DNA of 62,868 nt, the filler included, from Chiloscyllium plagiosum (Eukaryota): NCBI RefSeq assembly GCF_004010195.1. It is 3 parts of one record of this genome, joined end to end, with 100 filler letters (N's around TTAATTAATTAA, not from the genome) between each part and the next. Parts side by side here need not be neighbours in the genome. Positions count along the whole stretch, not along the records: positions 50,381 to 62,868 come from NC_057713.1; 2 more parts are not named here. One strand, 5' to 3'. The position numbers and the translations under genes were made by a program. The notes under the pieces are model-generated. The model saw only the letters and a program-made list of their open reading frames with translations. It was not told the origin of the DNA and did not search any database. Of the stretch, positions 50,551-62,403 are shown piece after piece. How positions within the stretch are numbered: the stretch's first letter is position 1; every line of letters begins with the position of its first letter.

Positions 50551-51069
50551 GATTCTCCTGTTCCCTAGATGCTGCCTGACCTGCTGCGCTTTTCCAGCAA
50601 CACATTTCCATCTCCAGTTAACTGTTGGTGAAGCAAAAATTGCATAATTGGCATAACCACAAGCTCTGTATCAGAATCTAAATTCTAGCTACTTTCTGTC
50701 TGTAGACCTTTTCGTTTTTTAGAATAACAGTTGTTTGTGTCAGTGATGCTTCTTCAAAAGAACCAGAAGACATTATCTTGTTTCAGTCTCTGCATACAGA
50801 TTCTCTATAAAAATACAAATTATTGTCAAGCTTCTTGTGATGCCATGCCCAATGAATAGATCCTTGGTTTCATGTAGATATTGCATGTTAGCAGAATTTT
50901 CACTAGTTTTTATGAATCCTACTCTTGATAATTTTCTTTGGTTATTAATTCACTGTATGTGGATGCCTCAAGGGCCAGCTTTCTCACCATCCCTAATTTT
51001 CCTTGCACAAACGGCATGAGCTGCTGAAATCCTTGGGGCTTTGGTGCATTCGCTGTGTCTTTTGAGCGA

Positions 51070-53900
51070 GTTTCAGAATTTTGACACAGCGACAGTGAAG
51101 GAGCACAAGACAGTTCCAAACTAAGATGGTGTGTGGTCTGGAGAGATATTTACAGGTGGTCATGTTCCCATGGTTTTCGTCTATCCTTGACCCTCTTAGT
51201 TGTCGAGTTAGGATTTTGAAGGTACTGTTGGAGTAGTCTTGGTGAGTTACTGCAGTGCACCTTTTTAGATGCCAGTCTGCATTGCTAGTAAGGGGGTTGA
51301 ATGTGAAAGGTGATGAATATGGTGCTCATCAAATGGACGGCTGTGTTCTCTGCCAACCTCCTTGAGTGTTAGAGTTGCATCACTCAGGTGGTGAGTCTTC
51401 CATTAGATACCTGTTTGTACTTTGTCGATTGTAGGTAGACACTGGGGAATGCGGTGGTGAGTAATTTGCAAGCCTCTGACTAGCTCTTGTAGCCACATTA
51501 TTTATGTGGCTGGTCCAGTTCATTTTCTGTCAATGGTAACCGCAGGGATGTTGATATTAGGGTATTCAGCAATGCAAATGCCGTTGAATGCAAATGTTAA
51601 GATTTTGTCTTGTTGGTGATAGTCATTGCCTGGCATTTGTGTTTTGAATATTACTTCCCACCAAAAGCTCAAATCTGGATACTGTCTAGATCTTGCTGAA
51701 TATGAACAGGAGCTGTTTCAGTGAGAACGAAGTCACAAATGGTGCTGAACATTGTGCAATCATCAGTAAAGATCTCACTTAATTTTCTTTTTAAAAGAAG
51801 CCAGGGTTATGCCACACCCCTGGAATAGGTGGATCTTAAACTCATGCTTTCCTGGCTCAGAGATGAGGATAACATCACTGCACCACAAGATAGACCACTT
51901 TTGAGCTTTGTAAAAGATTTTTCTTATTAATACCAAATCACTGTGACATCCTTGTTCTGTTCATAACTATTAACCACCATCAATAAATCACCTGTGTAAT
52001 GAATTGGATATTTACACGCAAAGCTCACAAAGGATGATGCAAACGACTTTAGACCTCCTGAAGGATGAGAAGGTCTTTTAAAGCATCTGATGATGGTTGG
52101 GTCTTGGACAATACCCTGAGGAACTTTTGCAGAAATGTTCCGAGACTAAATTAATTTACAAACACCATTCGCAACAATTGTTTGGTCTGGCAAGATTCCA
52201 GCCAGTGTAGAGATTTTACCCTGACCTTCATTGATTCAAGTTCTTCCAGATCATCTTTAAGCCTTACTTTGTGAAATGTTGCCTTAATGTCCAGGATGGT
52301 TGTTCTCATGTCATCTCTGAAACTCTTTAGTGCATGTTTAGACTAAGGGTAAAATGAGGTCAGGTGTTGAGTGACCTTGGTGGAACACGAACTGTCGGTG
52401 AGCAGATGCAACTTGATAGCACAGTTAAGAATCCCTTCCACTTCTTTCTGATAATGGTGAGTAGACTAAGTGAGGTCGCTGGGGGTTGGATTTGTCATGC
52501 ACAGGACACAGCTGGACAATTTTCCATATAGTCGAGTAGATGACAATATTGTTGCTATAGTACAGTTACATGAGTAGGGCATGGCTGGTTCTGGAGCACA
52601 AGCCTTAATCCTATTGCAGAAATGTCAGTGCCTCTTGCCTTTGCAGTATCTCATACCTTCAGTCCATTTTTTGATATCACTTAGCCTGAATCAAATTGGC
52701 TGATGGCCTGCATCTGTGTTTTGTTGGGCATCTCTGGTGGAGACCAAGATAGATTGCTACTCATTTTTTTCTGGTTGAAGATAGGTGCAATTATTTCGGT
52801 CTTTGAGATGGATGTGTTTGGTTCCCTATCATTTAGGGTGGGAATGTGGAGCTTTGACCTGCTGTTCATTTGTTTAATTGTCCATCATTTTTCATTACTA
52901 TGTGTGACAGGATTTCAGAGCTTGGATCTGGTTTGTTTGTGGGATCTGCTTCCATTGTTTGCCCCACGCTGTAGTTTCAACATGTTCATATATTATTTTT
53001 TTAAGTATGCCTGGTGCTGTTCATGGCATGCCCTTCACTGGACCAGGCTTGATCTCCATTCATAATGGTTGGAGGGATATGCCAGGTCAGGAGGTGCAAT
53101 TTGCAGTTGAATACTATGCTGCTGATAGCCCTCACCACCTCATGGACGCCCAGTCTTGAGTTGCTAGACCTGGTCAAAATTTGTTCCACTTTAGCATGGT
53201 AATATCATGACGGAAGGTATCCTTGGTGTGAATATGGGACAGTTTCTCCATAAGGTCAAGTCATTCTTAGCAATACTTTGATGGACAGGTAGGTTGGTGA
53301 GCTTAAGGCCAAGGAGGTTTTTCTAAATTATTTGTATCCTAACGACCCATTGCAGGCCCAATCTAACAGCCATTTCCTAAAAGATTGAGCGAGCTTGTTC
53401 AATCATGGTGCCATTAGGCTAGTCTTTATACCTGTGGAAGATCCTACTCCGGGTGGACCTCTTGCATTTGTCATCCTCTGTGCTGCTTCCAAGTGCTGCT
53501 CAATCTGGAGAAGTACTGATTGATCTGCTCAGGTTAGGTGGGATGGTAGGTGGTAATTAGAAGAAGACTTCTGTGTCTGTTGTATAAAGTTTCATGAGGA
53601 TAAGTATCATTGAGTTGTTCCAAGGCAACTCCTGCCTGATTGTATACCACAATGCTGCCACCTCTCCTATATGGGACATGGTCTGTGAAATGTGATTGCA
53701 TGTAAATACAATCAGCTGACTTGTGCTGATGGTTTGCTAGTCTGCTGAATAACTCTTCTAATTTTGGCACAAACCCCAGACATTAGAATAAAAGACCTTG
53801 CATGATTGATGAGGCTGTGCTTGCCATTCTTGTTTCCGATGCTTAGATTGATTCAGGGTGGTCCATCAAGTGTCATTGCACTCTTCAGACTACTTAGAGA
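51070..53900 (-). mobile_element. Decayed ~2.8-kb copy of the same CR1/L2-group LINE, including endonuclease remnants
   Basis: Reverse-complement similarity to 47950-49815; RRGGSIVVY and LLLITTYHP (ORF 53534-53770). Confidence 0.7.
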
Positions 53901-54054
53901 TTTTTAAAAAGTGGCTTACTAGTCACTTTCAGAGAATAATTAAGCATTCAGCACATTGATTTGAGATTGAAAGCATACATAGGTCGACCAGGTAAAGATG
54001 GAAAATTTTCTTCTTTAAAGAGTGTTAGCGGATCCGATGGGTGTTCAGAATAAT

Positions 54055-54252
54055 TAGGAGAAAGTGAGGACTGCAGATGCTGGAGATCAGAGCTGAAAAA
54101 TGTGTTGCTGGAAAAGCGCAGCAGGTCAGGCAGCATCCAAGGAGCAGGAGAATCAACGTTTCGGGCATAAGGGCTTATGCCCGAAACGCTGATTCTCCTG
54201 CTCCTTGGATGCTGCCTGACCTGCTGCGTTTTTCTAGCAACACATTTTTCAG
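54055..54252. mobile_element. Fold-back Penelope pseudo-LTR (79-bp near-perfect hairpin)
   Basis: 54093-54171 is the reverse complement of 54174-54252 with few mismatches; probable TSD GTT(C/T)AGAATAAT at 54043 and 54252. Confidence 0.85.
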
Positions 54253-54775
54253 TTTAGAATAATAAATATTGCATACACTCAATTAAACTAGCATTGAAAT
54301 TACATGTCACCATCTGCTATGATGGATTTAAACCCATGTACCCAAAGCAATACTTGACGCTGTGGATTTCTAGTCAAAGCATATTTTGCAGAGTTAGCTT
54401 CATAATAATCAAGATTTAAACACTAGTTGATTTTCTTTGACTTTACAATCCTGAATTATTTAGCCTCCTGCACTGTTGTCCTGCTAAGGATTAGCTTGAC
54501 TTGAGTGCAGACTGGGCAAATTGGGTTTACCTGACTTGCAATATCAAAGCGCTCAACCTGAAGTACCTGGACTTGGAAGTTTTTTAATGATCTTCACAAA
54601 CTCCAAGTACTCGAAGATAAACTGGTCACAATTGATAGCAAAACTGAAAAGTCAGGAGGTGTGAAGCTTTTTTTAAGTAATTATTTTTGTATTAAAGTTT
54701 GTGGTGCACAATGAGGTTCAAACTTTATTTTATTCTGTCTTTATTCATGACCCCTAACTGACACTTTCCGGAATT

Positions 54776-55113
54776 GGAATTAGAATTAGAATATCTGTTG
54801 TGTGGAAACAGGCCCTTCAGCCCAACAAGTTCACACCGACCTTCCGAAGAGTATCCCACCCAGACCCATTCCCCGACATTTACCCCTGACTCATGCACCT
54901 AAGCTATACGTCCCTGAATATTATGGGCAATTTAGCACAGCCAATTCATCTAACCTGCATGTCTTTAGATTGTGGGAGGAAACCAGAGCACCCAGAGGAA
55001 ACCCACACAGATAGGGTAAGAATGTGCCAACTCCAAACAGACAGTTGCCTGAGGCTGGAATTGAGCCCGAGTCCCTGGTGCTGTGAGGCAGCAGTTCTAA
55101 CCACGGTGCCACC
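54776..55113 (-). mobile_element. HE1-type V-SINE, full length
   Basis: Consensus match. Confidence 0.88.
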
Positions 55114-55616
55114 AAAAGAGTTGATGTTCACTCACTGGGTAGAATGAGGAGAGTGGGCATCATGCTTAATTTGCAGGGCAATTACAAATGTTGAATAAAT
55201 GGAAATGACAAGTATCTTTGTAATGGTTGATACTCGAAAAGCTTCGTTGCCCATCTTTTCACTGTCTCATGGGGCCTTTGCTGGCCACCTCTACTGATAA
55301 TGCTTCAGTTTCAAGTCTCAGCCAAAAGCTATTTATGTCCTCAAGCCATAAAATGGGGCTTTGACTCAGATCCATGACCTTTTGGTTGCAAGAAGTGCTT
55401 CCACTTAAATATGACATTGGAGATGTCATTAAAAGCTTCTCAAATGGTAAAGAGAAGAATAATGTTTTGAAATGCACATTGTCATGATGTTGAAACGTGA
55501 CTCGTGTTGCAAGATGCTGCGGTCAAGCGTGTTGTCATTTGTGTGTTCTGATGTTAAGTATAAAATTATTTAATTAAAATTTGCTGGAATCTGTTTATCT
55601 TGTTTATAATGATCAC

Positions 55617-55925
55617 ATAGAATCATAGAGATGTACAGCATGGAAACAGACCCTTTGATCCAACTTGTCCATGCTGATCAATCTAGTCCCACCTGCCAGC
55701 ACCTGGCCCATATCCCTCCAAACCCTTCCTATTCTTATACCCATCCAGATACCTTTGAAATGTTACAATTGTACTAGCCTCCACCATTTCCTCTGGCAGC
55801 TCATTCCATAAACATATCACCCTCTGCATGAAAAAGTTGCCCCTTAGGTCCCATTTATATCTTTCCCCGCTCACCTCTAGTTCTGGATTCCCCACCCCAG
55901 GTAAAAGACCTTGTCTGTTTACCTT
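55617..55925 (-). mobile_element. CR1/HER1 LINE 3' fragment
   Basis: LRGNFFMQRVICLWNELPEEMVEA and the family tail. Confidence 0.88.
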
Positions 55926-57126
55926 TGCCCCTGAAAATACAAAGCTACACCAAGTTACCATGGACAAATAAAACTGTATGGTGAAGAATTAGCAGACAAT
56001 GAGCGAAGGAATTGCCTTTGGTCAGAGCTTGGGAATGAAAAAACAAATAGGATGAATGAAGGGGAAAATGAATCTAGGTGATGCATGTAAGTTTCCAAAA
56101 GATCTTTTGGTTAGGTGTCACCCAAAATGTTGCTCCACAGACAACTGTCTGTACAGTTCAGGGTTGCATGTTAGCAGGAATCAGTAAGTACAGAGTAGAG
56201 ATAAATGGAGCATTTTAAAGATGCTAAGCTGTGACTAGTGAATAACTGTCAAGATCAGCAGTGGGCCTGAACTATTTGCAATCTATATTTGTGACTTAGA
56301 GGCAGAGAGTGAAGTATCTATGTTTGCTGATGATAATGAAATTCAGTGGAAAGGGAAACTGAGGGCGCAGACTGCAGCGATGTTTGCAGATTAAACGATT
56401 AGCAGCAGATACCAGATTTTAGTGTTGGGCTATGTGAGATGATTCACTTTCATTTTAAGTGGAGAATATATTTTAAATAGCATGAAACTTGTAAACGCTA
56501 ATGTTTCCGACTTGTGTTCTCGCACAAGGAACATCAACCAAAAGAACTTCAGAAAGATAATAGCATGGTAAAATATCTTTTGAGCACACCATGCATTGCT
56601 GACTGAAAAAATTAGGGCTCATTCTAATCCCGTTTAGCACCTGATCAATAGTTTTGGAGATTACAGCACTTGAAGTCCAAGATTAGCATGAATTTACTTG
56701 GGCCAACTGATGGACTCCCGCTCCCTTTTCTTTTGTTTGCATTACAGAGAGCAAATGACATAGCTATTTGATCTACTTGGTCTATGCCAGCGTTTGTGCT
56801 TCATGAGTCGTCGTCTTCATCTGACTTTATCAACTTATTTCCTTCTTCCTTGTACTTATCTGGCTTCCGTTTAAATGGTACTATAAATTTCTCCTCTGTT
56901 CATTCCTGTCATTGAGTTCCATATTACCACAGTAAAGAAGGCTGTTTTGCGTTCTTAGTGACTGCGATTTCTTGGTAACTGGTATATGTTGATGGCTTTT
57001 CACTATTTTATTCCCTATTAGTCGGCAGACTGGGAGTGAAATATTTGATTATTGTTAAGACCTATATTAAATCACCCCTCAGCTGCCATCTGTTAAAAGG
57101 TAGATCAGCCTGTTCATTGTTTCATC

Positions 57127-57371
57127 ACAGGTCTGTGTATTTCTCCGACATGCCGTTTTGGTATAAGGCAACAGTTGCATTCCTCTGCAACCTCACGCTA
57201 TATAAAATTCCACTATGAGGAGCCTCCATAGAAAGTCTCACTGTAGAAGATCGCTATGGAAATCGCTGTAACCGTTAAGTAGAAACGTTGTTATCCAAAC
57301 AGCATCCACAATTCATCAATCACATTATAGCCAACACATGTTGACGAAATACATTATACCAGAACTATGTA
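57127..57371. mobile_element. Possible decayed non-autonomous DNA transposon (Tc1/pogo-type MITE) inside an old CR1
   Basis: It interrupts a CR1 remnant, ends in TA, and has weakly similar termini (CACAGGTC.. versus reverse complement TACATAGTTCTGGTATAA). Confidence 0.3.
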
Positions 57372-59379
57372 TTGCCCTTTTCTCATTCTCATGATTGTGT
57401 TTTCAGTTTTTCTAAAGATAGCAACCAAAACTGTACACAGGATTTGGGTGTTATCAAGTCAATTTCAACAGGTTTAGCATAATTTGTCCATTTTTCTATC
57501 CCTCTGGAAATAATTGCTTGTGTGCGACTCGAGATGGCTATTGCCTGCCCAATGCCGGGATTCTGGACATCTGCTCAGGGCTAGAGTGTAATTTTGTTGT
57601 GACAGGAGGAGGATCCAGTTGTTGTAATCCAGGAAGGTATGAATGACATAAGTCGAATGAGGAAATAAGTAAACAAAGACAAACACGTAGTTAATCTGGG
57701 AACATCTGAGGAAAGAGAGCAGGTAATTCTTTTCATTTGTGACATTCCTTCAGAACTGCAAAGATATTCTGTGTAGGGGGTTTTAGGAACTAGGCACCAA
57801 ATGAAAAAGCTCTGATCTCTTGATTGTTACCGAAGCCAGGTGGAAATTGGAAAAGGGTATATTAATTGGAAAGGTGAATACTTGGGTCAAAAGCTGGTGT
57901 GGAAGAAGTGGTCTCTGGTCTGTGGAGCAAAGGCACCAGTATTGATGGAAGTAGGATTGCATCAATGGGGCAATCTACCTTTTGCGTTGTGCTGGAATTA
58001 TTGTTTTTGTGACCTGCACTCTGAGGAAGCAGGAGGGGATGTGGTGGCAAGGGATCAATGGTGTAAAGATGAATGACAGTTAAGACATATGGGTGTAAAA
58101 TAGCAATGTGGGAAACTATGGTCAGAGAATGCTGGTGCTTTCTTGGTCCCTTCCTGTTGATCAACATTAAATGTTATAAAGATAACAAAAATATAAAACT
58201 GAAGGCTATCTTTGTGAATGTGATACTTGTTCACAACAAAGTAATTCAGTATCATGCATTGAAGTAAATGAGTGTGATCTGACAGCCATTATGCTGCATG
58301 ATGACAAGGATAAGGTCCTGAATACTGAGTAATGACATTTGAGGAGGATAGGAAGTTAGTCAGAGGTAGTGAAATAGCCCTGTTAATGAAGGTTAGCTCT
58401 GCGCAGATGGCATTTTGTTCAGGCGATTAGAATATAGAATTGGCTTGGGTGGAGATGAGGAAGCTTGGGTAGAGGAATTGTAAAGGAGGTAGAGGAAAAA
58501 GCAAAGAGTTTCCACAAATATTTAAAAATGAAAAGAGGAAGTGAAGTGAGCATGAGTCCTGTATAATAGTAAGTTAAAAGTGGGCAATAAGGAAATGGCA
58601 GAACAAATGAACAAATTTTACTTCTGTCTGCACTAGAAAGGATACAAAACAAATGTTAGTAATGATTATAAATCAGTACAGAGAAGGAAGAGAGAATTTT
58701 GGTGTAATTGTTATCACAAAGTGTTATACCTCAGTTGGGGTATCAATAAGGTGATCCATCTCCATTATTCCCAGAGTAGTTACAAAAGTTCAAGATTGTA
58801 AAAAGAAACCACAAGATTCCCCAATTTGCCTGTTTTGTTCGATCTATGATGACAAACCATGGGCCAGGACACTAGTAACAGATAAACAGTTATGAACTGT
58901 CAGCATATAACTTATTAAAATCTCAAATTCCCTTATAAGCACACTCTCGCTTGTGTGAAAAAAATCTTTTATTATTTAAAAGTCACACTTTACAGTAACT
59001 GCTGAAAAAAAGCACTGGTTTTCTTCAGGCTGAAAATGGCTTTTACTGCAGAGAGCAGAAAGCGAGCTTCGAAACTGGTGGTAATCAAAGGTGATGTAAA
59101 GAGAATTAGGGATGTATGGTGTGAAGTAAACATGAGTTTGTAGATGGTCGAGCTTCTAAACTGGTGCTTATTTGCACCCTTTTCATAGTCCAAAGCTGGT
59201 TAGCTCCCCAAAAACCAATTGCATAACGGCTTGGCAGACAGCCTTTGCCATTGGTTTGTTGACGACTGAGTAGTCACTAATTGACTACTCCTTGCCAACT
59301 GAAGCACCATTTGAGTGCAACCCTTTAGCACCAGTTCATCTGCAACCACTACTGTAACTCATAGCTATGTAAACTGTGG

Positions 59380-59470
59380 AAATCCTTGGATGCTGCCTGA
59401 CCTGCTGCGCTTTTCCAGCAACACATTTTCAGCTCTGATCTCCAGCATCTGCAGTCCTCACTTTCTCCCC
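59380..59470 (+). mobile_element. Solo Penelope pseudo-LTR fragment, 10-bp TSD
   Basis: TAAACTGTGG at 59370-59379 and 59471-59480. Confidence 0.8.
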
Positions 59471-59701
59471 TAAACTGTGGTCACACCAATTTAATTGAAT
59501 TTATTGTCACGTGTACTGAGGCACAGTGAAAAGCTTTGTCTTGGAGCAATACAGGCAGATTACATAGTTAAATAGCGTAAATAAGTAAATAGCAGGTAAG
59601 CAGCAGCAAAACAAAAACACAGTTACAGGCGATGCTAAGGTTTTGAGTCCATTCAGTATTCAAGTAAGTTTTATGCCTTCAAACCATGCAGCAATCCTTG
59701 C

Positions 59702-59834
59702 TTATTCCTGAAGAAGGGCTTATGCCCGAAACGTCGATTCTCCTGCTCCTCGGATGCTGCCTGGCCTGCTGTGTTTTTCCAGCATCACATTTTTCAACTC
59801 TGGTCTCCAGCATCTGTAGTCCTCACTTTCTCCT
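59702..59834 (+). mobile_element. Solo Penelope pseudo-LTR, 12-bp TSD
   Basis: AGCAATCCTTGC at 59690-59701 and 59835-59846. Confidence 0.85.
59708..59735 (+). ncRNA. Minimal hammerhead ribozyme core (Penelope pseudo-LTR)
   Basis: CUGAAGA-A-[GGGC UUAU GCCC]-GAAA-CG-UC. Confidence 0.65.
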
Positions 59835-59899
59835 AGCAATCCTTGCAATCCCTGGATTTGAAATGGTTCTTTCTCCTTTAAGTTCGCAATTTTAAAAAA

Positions 59900-61300
59900 G
59901 CACTGATATGTCTCTGGGTCAAAATGGACCTCTAAGATCTTTAGAAGAAATGGCTGATGAGGTAGTAGATTTGTTTGGATTTTTTCAAATACCCTATATC
60001 CTGGAACAGTTCAATTTGTGTGGAAAGAAGCAAATATAACCTCCAGGAGACAGAAAACAAGAAAACTCTTAAGACCGTTTGCTCGACATTTTGAGGGTGT
60101 TAAAATTGATCATTTAAAAAGGTTATAGACAGGCATTTAGAAGAATACCATATATTTGTGAAGCGACAACATGGTTTTGTGAAAGTGAAATCATGTTTAA
60201 CCAATAGTTAGATTTGTTTGAAGGAGTAACATTAATAAAGAGGGACCGCTTTATGTATTACACTTGGATTTCCAGAAGACCCTTTGATCTGGTTTCACAT
60301 CCAAGGTTATTGTGGAAAATTAGAGCTCGTGATGAAGGGAGGGACCATATCAGCATGGACAGCTGGCGGAAAACAAAATGGCAAATTTTTGTTTTGATCA
60401 GGATATGCTGTGTAGTATTCGACAGGGTGGTTGTTTAGGGACCTCAGCCTTTTACAAATTGCATCAATAATTTGGATGAGGAGAGCAAAGGCATGCATCT
60501 AAATTCAAAGATGATGCAAAGAGAATTAGGGATGTATGGTGTGAAATAAACATGAGTTTGTAGATGGATAGAGAGTTTGAGTGGGGAAAATCTGCCAGGT
60601 GGAGTCTAATGCAGATAAATGTGAAGTTCTTCACTTTGGCAGAAACAATGATAAAACAAGGTGTTACTGAAAAGGAGAGCAACTCTGAAATTCTGGCGTC
60701 ACTGGGGAACTAGGTGTTCTCATGGTTAAGTCACAAAAGTCATTGTGCAGGTGCAGCATCTAATCTCACAGTCTAGTGGCGGCTTTATTTATGATGAGAA
60801 GAATTGAACATAACAGTGACAATGTTAAGTTATACGCAACATTACTGAGATCATATCTTGAATGCTGGTTTTGGTCTCATTATTTAAGGATGGATGTAAA
60901 TTATAAGCAGTTCCATTGAGGTTTAAGAGTTGGATAGCTAGAATGAATGGGTTGTCTTTTGAGGTTAGGTTGGGCAGGATGTTTTTTTTTCTCCCCACTG
61001 GAGTTGAAAGTGTGAGGGGTGACTTAAGGTGTTTCAATCCTGAAATGGCCTTGAGTCAATCCGGAACTAGAGGGCACCGTTTTAAAAATTTGTATTTGTC
61101 GTTTTTGAAACGAGGTCAAGTTAATTTTTTTTTCTGCTGAAGCTTCTGTGACTTCTGAAAACTGCCTCAAAAAGTGGAGTCATTGAATATCCTTCATGTT
61201 GAGGTAGGTATATCTTTGCTTGGCAGGGGAATATCAGGTTATCAAGTGTAGACAGAATATGAAATTTGAAATACAAACAGATCAGCTATGATTTTATTGA
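59900..61300 (+). mobile_element. Heavily decayed CR1 LINE (further old pieces at about 56100-56520, 56740-57500 and 58200-58760)
   Basis: QHGFVKVKSCLTN, LDFQKTL, KFKDDAK and TRGHRFK remnants. Confidence 0.7.
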
Positions 61301-61611
61301 TTGTCTTTTATATTAATGTATGTTGTTTCAGATTGCAGCAGCTTTGCCAACCTGTCTCCGCCTTTGACACCTTGATTTCTTACTATACTACCTTTTGCAT
61401 TCATCATCCGGTCTCAGTGACCCCTTTCACAAGCTTGGCTTGGTACCAACGGTTTCAGTTCCTTCATACTTGCTATGATATTGAGAAAGTTACTGTGACG
61501 ACATAAGACAAAGTGATTTTGTTTGGCTACTCCTTCAGTAACCTCCCATTCACCTTTCCCTACTTCTCCTCTTCCTGCACCGTAGGGATTCTGTGATGTT
61601 ATGATTCTGTT

Positions 61612-61916
61612 TTAGATTAGATTACATTACAGTGTGGAAACAGGCCCTTTGGCCCAACAAGTCCACACCGACCTGCCGAAGCGTAACCCACCCATACCCC
61701 TACATTTACCCCTTACCTAACACTACGGGCAATTTAGCATGGCCAATTCACCTGACCTGCACATTTTTGGACTGTGGGAGGAAACCGGAGCACCCGGAGG
61801 AAACCCACGCAGACACGGGGAGAATGTGCAAACTCCACACAGTCAGTTGCCTGAGGCGGGAATTGAACCCGGGTCTCTGGCGCTGTGAGGCAACAGTGCT
61901 AACCACTGTGCCACCG
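61612..61916 (-). mobile_element. HE1-type V-SINE, full length, young (CpGs retained)
   Basis: Consensus match with an (AATCT)n tail. Confidence 0.9.
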
Positions 61917-62403
61917 TTTTGTCAAGTTTTTCTGTTAGGTACTTCAGGATTTATTTCATTACTTTTTTTTCTTATTATCTGTAAAGTCATGCAACTATAT
62001 GGGATGACACTAAACATGATACACCTTTAATTAGACATGTTCTTATATCTTCTGCATGTCATAGTCATATTGGGTATGTTTGGTAAAACACTCTTGGATT
62101 TGTGACAAGTTGTGGTTCACATGGAACCCAAGTTGATTCAATGTTCTGGTGAGCAATGTGAATGGACTCTCAGCAGCTATGGCACATTTCCTTAAACATC
62201 AAGCAAGTGAACAGATATGTCTGTTTTCAACACCATTTGATGCCACTTAAATGAATTAAGTAGCTAGAAAAGCAACAGGTGGTAATTTTCTTCAAAAATT
62301 TCTGTACACTAACACAGATGAAATGCTGGTCTAATTGACAATCAACATGCTTAACTGACTAAATTGATAACTGTTAACAAGAGATTTTTAAAAAATACAG
62401 CAT

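Larger units (their letters stand above)
50059..50612. mobile_element. Penelope pseudo-LTR pieces in opposite orientations on either side of gap 50281-50380
   Basis: Family consensus on the - strand (about 50059-50240) and on the + strand (50381-50612). Confidence 0.75.

Noticed and set aside
61632..62030. Recurrent similar ORFs (GNLAWPIHLTCT..., LPDLLRFSSNTF...) suggesting a protein family
   Set aside because: They are translations of non-coding HE1 SINE and Penelope pseudo-LTR copies.
14675..62403. Further RSPO2 exons (furin-like or TSP1 domains) or another host gene
   Set aside because: No cysteine-rich RSPO-like frame was recognised; a short exon could be missed by eye, so TBLASTN is needed to exclude it.
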